Assembly (NCBI GenBank): GCA_964016885.1
Contig: OZ024746.1
Location: 100,812,001-100,876,000 of the forward strand
Source: Eledone cirrhosa
Taxonomy: Eukaryota
Direction: 5' to 3'
Length of the DNA stretch: 64,000 nt
A program made the translations under genes and the position numbers. This document shows positions 57,591 through 64,000 of the stretch, in pieces (the stretch's first letter is position 1; each line of letters starts with the position of its first letter). The notes beneath the pieces were generated by a model. That model saw only the letters and a list, made by a program, of their open reading frames with translations, was not told where the DNA came from and did not search any database.

Positions 57591-57844
57591 ATATTTCAAA
57601 ATAAATGTTATACAAACTTTCCCTTTGCTGTGGCACATAATTATACATAGCTTTGTGGATGTTGACTGGAGTTTGTGATAAGTAGAGACAGACTACTTGT
57701 ATGTGAAGTACCTAGTCATTTAATAAGTATAGATCAATATTGTACCACTTTGAAATAAGTACTAGGGTTGGGTTGAAGATAGTCCCCCACTTTGGCTGTT
57801 TGCCAATAGCTGAACAGATTAAAAGAATATATTTTCCAGACATA

Positions 57845-58020
57845 CTTGGACCCCATACAGTCGAGCTCCTCTGCAAGATCAGAATGTCAGTGGCCTGTCT
57901 GAGGAAGGAGCCCTGCAAGGTGGGGTGGCTGTTGCAGCAGGTGTCGCTGGCCAGTGTCTGCAGGAATGCTTTTGCAGTGTTCGAAGGGTGCAGCCCCTCT
58001 ACCACTGCACCCTAGGCCCA
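57845..58020 (+). mobile_element. Second CRE-like 3' terminal fragment
   Basis: LGPHTVELL...GWLLQQVSLASVCRNAFAVFEGC aligns by eye with VGPLTAKFL...AWLFQCLSLTITHGNAVSLLGC at 46120-46270. Confidence 0.65.
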
Positions 58021-58271
58021 GAGCTCAATCATCTTCCCCCTCCCCTTCCCGTTTTTTTTCTTTATATTTTTCTATTTTACATTCCATTCTTCTCAATCTA
58101 AATTTTCTTTTTTTCTTTTCCTATTAAACTGTATTTGATATATTCCAGAAATAAAATATGATTTTCCAGTTTTTTCCAAAGCCATATAACAATCAGTATA
58201 CATTTTTCATTTGAAGTTGTTAAATGAACAATTCATAAGTCATTATTTTTACAATCCATATTCTACTACAG

Positions 58272-58378
58272 GTGACTATACATTGTGAACAAAATCCAAG
58301 CAGCATTGGATTTAGTTTGGTTGAATTTTCACCTTTGTATTTGATTGCTCCCAACACAGAAGGCAATGTTTCATTACA
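58272..58378 (+). CDS. Gene B exon 3 (VTIHCEQNPSSIGFSLVEFSPLYLIAPNTEGNVSL-Q)
   Basis: Acceptor ttctactacAG and consensus donor CA|GTaagt; 107 bp, phase 0 to phase 2, bridging exons 2 and 4 in frame. Confidence 0.8.
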
Positions 58379-58597
58379 GTAAGTGCTTTTCTCTAGACAT
58401 TTTACAAAGTTTACTGAATTGAGAAGTTTTGGCATTTAATTTTAAATCTTATAGAATTTAGTTCTATTGATTTTGAGTTGAAAATACTAATCTTTAATTA
58501 AAAATTTTACATTTGATAATCACCCACCCCCAAAAAAATATATATTTATAACATTTCAAGTGTAACAGAAGAATTTACTGATAGTGATTATAATTGG

Positions 58598-60396
58598 GTG
58601 TGATATCAGTATGAGATGTAATGTGTGATATCTGTGTGAGATGTAATGTGTGATATCAGTGTGAGACATAATGTGTGATATCAGTGTGAGATGTAATGTG
58701 TGATATCAGTGTGAGACGTAATGTGTGATATCAGTGTGAGATGTAATGTGTGATATCAGTGTGAGATGTAATGTGTGATATCTGTGTGAGATGTAATGTG
58801 TGATATCAGTGTGAGACGTAATGTGTGATATCAGTGTGAGACGTAATGTGTGATATCAGTGTGAGACGTAATGTGTGATATCAGTGTGAGATGTAATGTG
58901 TGATATCAGTGTGAGATGTAATGTGTGATATCAGTGTGAGATGTAATGTGTGATATCAGTGTGAGATGTAATGTGTGATATCAGTGTGAGATGTAATGTG
59001 TGATAGTGTGAGATGTAATGTGTGATATCAGTGTGAGACATAATGTGTGATATCAGTGTGAGACGTAATGTGTGATATCAGTGTGAGACGTAATGTGTGA
59101 TATCAGTGTGAGATGTAATGTGTGATATCTGTGTGAGATGTAATGTGTGATATCAGTGTGAGATGTAATGTGTGATATCTGTGTGAGATGTAATGTGTGA
59201 TATCAGTGTGAGATGTAATGTGTGATATCAGTGTGAAATGTAATGTGTGATATCAGTGTGAGATGTAATGTGTGATATCAGTGTGAAATGTAATGTGTGA
59301 TATCAGTGTGAGATGTAATGTGTGATATCTGTGTGAGATGTAATGTGTGATATCAGTGTGAGACGTAATGTGTGATATCAGTGTGAGACATAATGTGTGA
59401 TATCAGTGTGAGACGTAATGTGTGATATCAGTGTGAGACGTAATGTGTGATATCAGTGTGAGATGTAATGTGTGATATCTGTGTGAGATGTAATGTGTGA
59501 TATCAGTGTGAGATGTAATGTGTGATATCAGTGTGAGATGTAATGTGTGATATCAGTGTGAGACGTAATGTGTGATATCAGTGTGAGATGTAATGTGTGA
59601 TATCAGTGTGAGATGTAATGTGTGATATCAGTGTGAGACATAATGTGTGATATCAGTGTGAGACGTAATGTGTGATATCAGTGTGAGACGTAATGTGTGA
59701 TATCAGTGTGAGATGTAATGTGTGATATCTGTGTGAGATGTAATGTGTGATATCAGTGTGAGATGTAATGTGTGATATCAGTGTGAGATGTAATGTGTGA
59801 TATCAGTGTGAGATGTAATGTGTGATATCAGTGTGAGATGTAATGTGTGATATCAGTGTGAGACGTAATGTGTGATATCAGTGTGAGACGTAATGTGTGA
59901 TATCAGTGTGAGATGTAATGTGTGATATCAGTGTGAAATGTAATGTGTGATATCAGTGTGAGACGTAATGTGTGATATCAGTGTGAGATGTAATGTGTGA
60001 AATGTAATGTGTGATATCAGTGTGAGATGTAATGTGTGATATCAGTGTGAGATGTAATGTGTGATATCTGTGTGAGATGTAATGTGTGATATCAGTGTGA
60101 GATGTAATGTGTGATATCAGTGTGAGATGTAATGTGTGATATCAGTGTGAGATGTAATGTGTGATATCAGTGTGAAATGTAATGTGTGATATCAGTGTGA
60201 GATGTAATGTGTGATATCAGTGTGAGATGTAATGTGTGATATCTGTGTGAAATGTAATGTGTGATATCAGTGTGAGATGTAATGTGTGATATCAGTGTGA
60301 GATGTAATGTGTGATATCAGTGTGAGATGTAATGTGTGATATCAGTGTGAGATGTAATGTGTGATATCTGTGTGAGACGTAATATGTGATATCAGA
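58598..60396. repeat. 25-bp minisatellite (GTGTGATATCAGTGTGAGATGTAAT), ~72 highly homogeneous copies
   Basis: 25-bp periodicity with few variants. Confidence 0.98.
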
Positions 60397-60426
60397 GTTT
60401 ACTCTCATTTTGTCCAATAATATTAA

Positions 60427-60647
60427 CCCTTTATCATTTACATTACTCTATATATACTATTATATTTTCATGGTAAAAACTTTACCTCACATAATTATCT
60501 CACATAATATTAAATCTATAATATTTGGATATTATTTATTTTGAGAACAATACCTTAACATCAGTATGAGCAACCAGTTACAGCCAGTTTGAACAGAAAG
60601 AGGTGAGAGAATTCTAACCAGATATGGCTGGTTTAAATGCTAAAGAG
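60427..60647. mobile_element. piggyBac-type MITE
   Basis: TTAA|CCCTTTATCATTT ... AAATGCTAAAGAG|TTAA: 13-bp imperfect TIRs flanked by TTAA on both sides. Confidence 0.65.
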
Positions 60648-61454
60648 TTAATCCAAGAAGATAGGCAAGTGTTGTTAATAGATTTGCTGAAACAGATAAA
60701 CTACATTTTCAACATACCAGAAATTCAATAAGAGATTGTTACACTAATTTTAAAGGGTTTCCATATTAAATTTCTTCCTTCACAAACTCAATTTTTTTAG
60801 ATTTTTTTTTCTATAGTTTACATCAACAAATGAATTAAATATATTCTCTTATGCTCAGCATTTCTTATTTGATATACAATATTTAGATAAGAGCACCTTA
60901 GTTATGGCTTATAAAATAGTTTTTTTGCAGCTATTGGGAAAAAGTTATCAAAACTCAGTTTATAAACTTTAAAAGCACATACAGTTTTGCTAACCCTATT
61001 TAAGAGAGAAATATTATCTGTCCCAAGCCTCAGCAAAACTTATTAACTGGGAATAAGAAGCAATTTTGAACATAATTGAAACAATTCATTTTACATACAA
61101 GTACCTGCCTGCACTCTATGTTATAACTGATATTTCTACCTATTCAATATTCTCAGTCTCTAAACCCTTTTGATATCAAACCACCCTGAAACTTCCCTTG
61201 ATTCTATCATACAAAGCTGTTTGTTTTAAACTGTTTATATTTATCTAATAACCTTTCATCATAATTTTTTCTAAAAACATTTATGTTCCAAATCCCAGTT
61301 TAATAATAAGAAAGTGAGTTATATTACAAAAATCCCTCCAAATTCTTGATTTTCAAAACTATTTTAAAAGCTTAGCTAGAAATGTTGTAATGGAAAGATT
61401 AAAGGATTTAGGTTGAGAAAATGTTACATCAGTACTACTAATATCATGGATAAT

Positions 61455-61755
61455 ATGATTTCTAATTTAAGTACAAGGCCAGAAATTTTGGGGAGGGGGA
61501 AAGTTGATTACATCAACGTTACTGGTATTTTATTTTATCAACTCCGAAAGGATGAAAGGCAAAACTGACCTCAGCGGGATTTGAACTCAGAATGTAAAAA
61601 ACCAGAACAAATATTGTAATGGCATTTCATCTGATGCTCCACCAATTCTATCAATCCACTGCCTTCATCAATATAATTGTTTCTACTTTTGGCACAAGGC
61701 CAGCAATTTCCCAATGCATTACTGGTACTTTATTCTATCGACCCCGGAAGGATAA
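61455..61755 (-). mobile_element. Two adjacent Deu/Nin-like SINE copies (one near full length, one 3' fragment)
   Basis: ACAAGGCCAG...ACTGGTA.TTTATT.TATC...AAGGAT(GAAAGGC) occurs twice. Confidence 0.8.
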
Positions 61756-61891
61756 GTTACGTAAATCATACAAAACCTTGAATTGTTGTAAGTGAATTTG
61801 AATAGATTGGTTATCATTAGAATTGTTCTGTTTTGTGACATTTTAATGCATTTACTCTTTTTTTATGTAAATATTTTAAACATTTTTATAG

Positions 61892-62017
61892 ATTTCTACG
61901 TCCTGGTCGTCCCATTGATGTTCGCTGCTTTGGTATATCTTATCCTCTTCCTGAAAATTCCTCGAATTTAAACCATAATCCACAATTCTTAAAAGATACA
62001 TCTATCAGCAAACCCCG
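61892..62017 (+). CDS. Gene B exon 4 (FLRPGRPIDVRCFGISYPLPENSSNLNHNPQFLKDTSISKP-R); gene continues downstream
   Basis: Acceptor catttttatAG and donor CG|GTaata; 126 bp, phase 2 to phase 2. Of the three frames, only the one demanded by exon 3 is open throughout. Confidence 0.78.
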
Positions 62018-62261
62018 GTAATATTTATTTTGTTGTTGATAAATAAATATATAATTGTTTTTATCTTTAAAGGATGATTAGCCACTTTTATACTGAGCAA
62101 AACAACAAGAAAAGGAAGCAATATTAATGTTTCAGACAATTTATCATTTGTCAAAATAGGTTAAGTAGAAGAAAAAAAGCCTGTTGGAGAAAAATACATA
62201 TATTATGTGTAAACAAATGTGTGAAGCTCAAATTTATGAAGTGCTGAAGAAATAAATTTAT

Positions 62262-62530
62262 ATCATCATCATCATCGTTTAACATCCATCTTCCACGCTA
62301 GCATGGGTTAGATGGTTTTGTTCCATTTGATGCAGGAATGGTCGGGTGACCATGTCTCGCTCGTACGGAAGTGTCTCTGGCAGGTTTTCTACAGCTGAAT
62401 GCCCTTCTTAACACCAACTACCTTTACAGTGTGGACTGGGAGCCTTTTTACCATGTCTCCTACATGACTACCTTAAAATGTGGACTGGGTGCTTTTTGTT
62501 GTGTCATAGACACAGTGGACAGTAATGTGA
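62262..62530 (-). mobile_element. RTE-tail-related retroposon
   Basis: (CAT)n GTTTAACATCCATCTTCCACGCTAGCATGGGTTAGA...TTCTACAGCTGAATGCCCTTC. Confidence 0.75.
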
Positions 62531-62590
62531 GGATGGGGTAGGGTGTGGCGGTGTGGTGTATATTGGGTTAAGAGGTCCCTACTGACTGTA

Positions 62591-62739
62591 AACTGTAATT
62601 ACAATCAGTTGCTATAAAATAGATTATAAGAATAGGGTAAAAACTCCTAGAGATATTACAACCAGTTATAGCTTATGAGATTAGGGTAAAGACCCAACTT
62701 TTATAAGCTATTTTATAACAACTGATTGTAATTACAGTT
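62591..62739. mobile_element. Fold-back / MITE-like element with ~48-bp terminal inverted repeats
   Basis: AACTGTAATTACAATCAGTTGCTATAAAATAG... pairs with ...CTATTTTATAACAACTGATTGTAATTACAGTT; TSD not clear. Confidence 0.7.
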
Positions 62740-63004
62740 ATTTTCTGTGCTTAAGCATTTTACATCTTATATGTATTTTAAAGTGTGTGCTAAGCAGCCA
62801 AAGTATGATAGATTTACTCAGTATGTAGGTATGTAAGCATCCCTGTAAATTGGAAATTGCAAAAAAATGGAATTCTACAGGTATTCACAAATATCCTGAA
62901 GCAGTTTCTTGAAGATACCTAGACAATTTTTTTATCCTACTAAGAGGAATAGAGCTGTTTTATATAAACTATTCTTTACTATAATGCCAAAAGTGGCTTT
63001 TCAG

Positions 63005-63301
63005 AACATGAATGCCAACAAATCTGAGTGGAAGGAAGCTGCAGTAGAGGGAGACCAAGGAAGATTTGGACAGAGGTTGTGATTACTGAGCTCAAATCAT
63101 TGAAGCTCACTGTGTTGGAAAAACCAATCCAACTCATGCAAGCATGGAAAAGCAGATGTAAAATGATAAGTGAGAATAAACCTGCAGATAGTCCTATACG
63201 AGCGAGACACGGTCACGCGACCAATCTTACCTCAAATGGGACAATTCCTGTCTAACCCATGCTAGTGTGGAAGATAGACGTTAAACGATGATGATGATGA
63301 T
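63005..63301 (+). mobile_element. RTE 3' fragment followed by an RTE-tail retroposon end with (GAT)n
   Basis: VEGSCSRGRPRKIWTEVV peptide, then CTAACCCATGCTAG...CGTTAAACGATGATGATGATG. Confidence 0.75.
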
Positions 63302-63582
63302 ATTCACTGGAATCAGTGGCAACATTTTAATCTCATGATTTTGACCTGAAACCAAAATTGAAAACCAATTTCATTGGAGAGCATGGTTAGTGTAAGAGGA
63401 CATAATATGATGATGATGATGACAATGTGGTACAACTCCAAAGACTCATGAACAGTTTCACAACTGCAACAATATACTTAATCCCTCAGCATGGTCATTT
63501 TTAAATGAGGCATTTAACTTTTTAAGTCAGTTACATAGAGACAAGTATTGAAGACTTTAAAACCATGAATATTAGATATATC

Positions 63583-64000
63583 ACCTTACAGTTGTAGAGG
63601 TGTGTGACCTACCTTACAGTTGTAGAGGTGTGTGACCTACCTTACAGTTGTAGAGGTGTGTGACCTACCTTACAGTTGTAGAGGTGTGTGACCTACCTTA
63701 CAGTTGTAGAGGTGTGTGACCTACCTTACAGTTGTAGAGGTGTGTGACCTACCTAACAGTTGTAGAGGTATGTGACCTACCTTACAGTTGTAGAGGTGTG
63801 TGACCTACCTTAGAGTTGTAGAGGTGTGTGACCTACCTTACAGTTGTAGAGGTGTGTGACCTACCTTACAGTTGTAGAGGTGTGTGACCTACCTTAGAGT
63901 TGTAGAGGTATGTGACCTACCTTACAGTTGTAGAGGTGTGTGACCTACCTTACAGTTGTAGAGGTGTGTGACCTACCTTAGAGTTGTAGAGGTGTGTGAC
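63583..64000. repeat. 28-bp minisatellite (ACCTTACAGTTGTAGAGGTGTGTGACCT), >=15 copies, runs off the right edge
   Basis: 28-bp periodicity with near-identical units. Confidence 0.98.

Noticed and set aside
61160-61402. Possible second piggyBac-type MITE (AAACCCTTTTG ... GGAAAGATTAA)
   Set aside because: Termini too degenerate and no intact TTAA pair.
61892-61971. Alternative frame of gene B exon 4 giving a TM-like FYVLVVPLMFAALVYLILFL and a stop
   Set aside because: It needs a phase-1 donor, but exon 3 ends in phase 2 and that frame stays open to a donor at 62018. Hydrophobicity is expected in T-rich off-frames.

Overview
This is AT-rich, repeat-dominated animal genomic DNA, not prokaryotic. 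The SINE, RTE and MITE families resemble those I associate with octopus/coleoid genomes, which is inference only. Positions 1-27.1 kb are one ~1000-copy 27-bp satellite, and all long ORFs there are repeat artefacts. I reconstructed two spliced + strand genes by hand from GT-AG sites and phase continuity; neither is recovered as a gene by the ORF track. Gene A (last 4 exons, 27158-38764) encodes the C-terminal part of a type I membrane protein: the end of an EGF-like module, one TM helix, and a ~60-aa tail with NPAY and a C-terminal -SIKL. Gene B (first 4 exons, 51281-62017, continuing past the last exon I could find) encodes a signal peptide plus an N-glycosylation-rich ectodomain that I cannot assign to a family. 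Between the genes is a stack of decayed elements: CR1 LINE, Gypsy RNaseH/integrase, a CRE-like LINE with restriction-like endonuclease, Deu/Nin-domain SINEs and head-to-tail non-autonomous Helitrons. A near-perfect 2.04-kb tandem duplication in this stack has its crossover inside a chimeric SINE. The introns carry further minisatellites, RTE LINE fragments (with a PHD finger inside the RT), SINEs and MITEs. Exon coordinates were counted base by base; most repeat boundaries are approximate.
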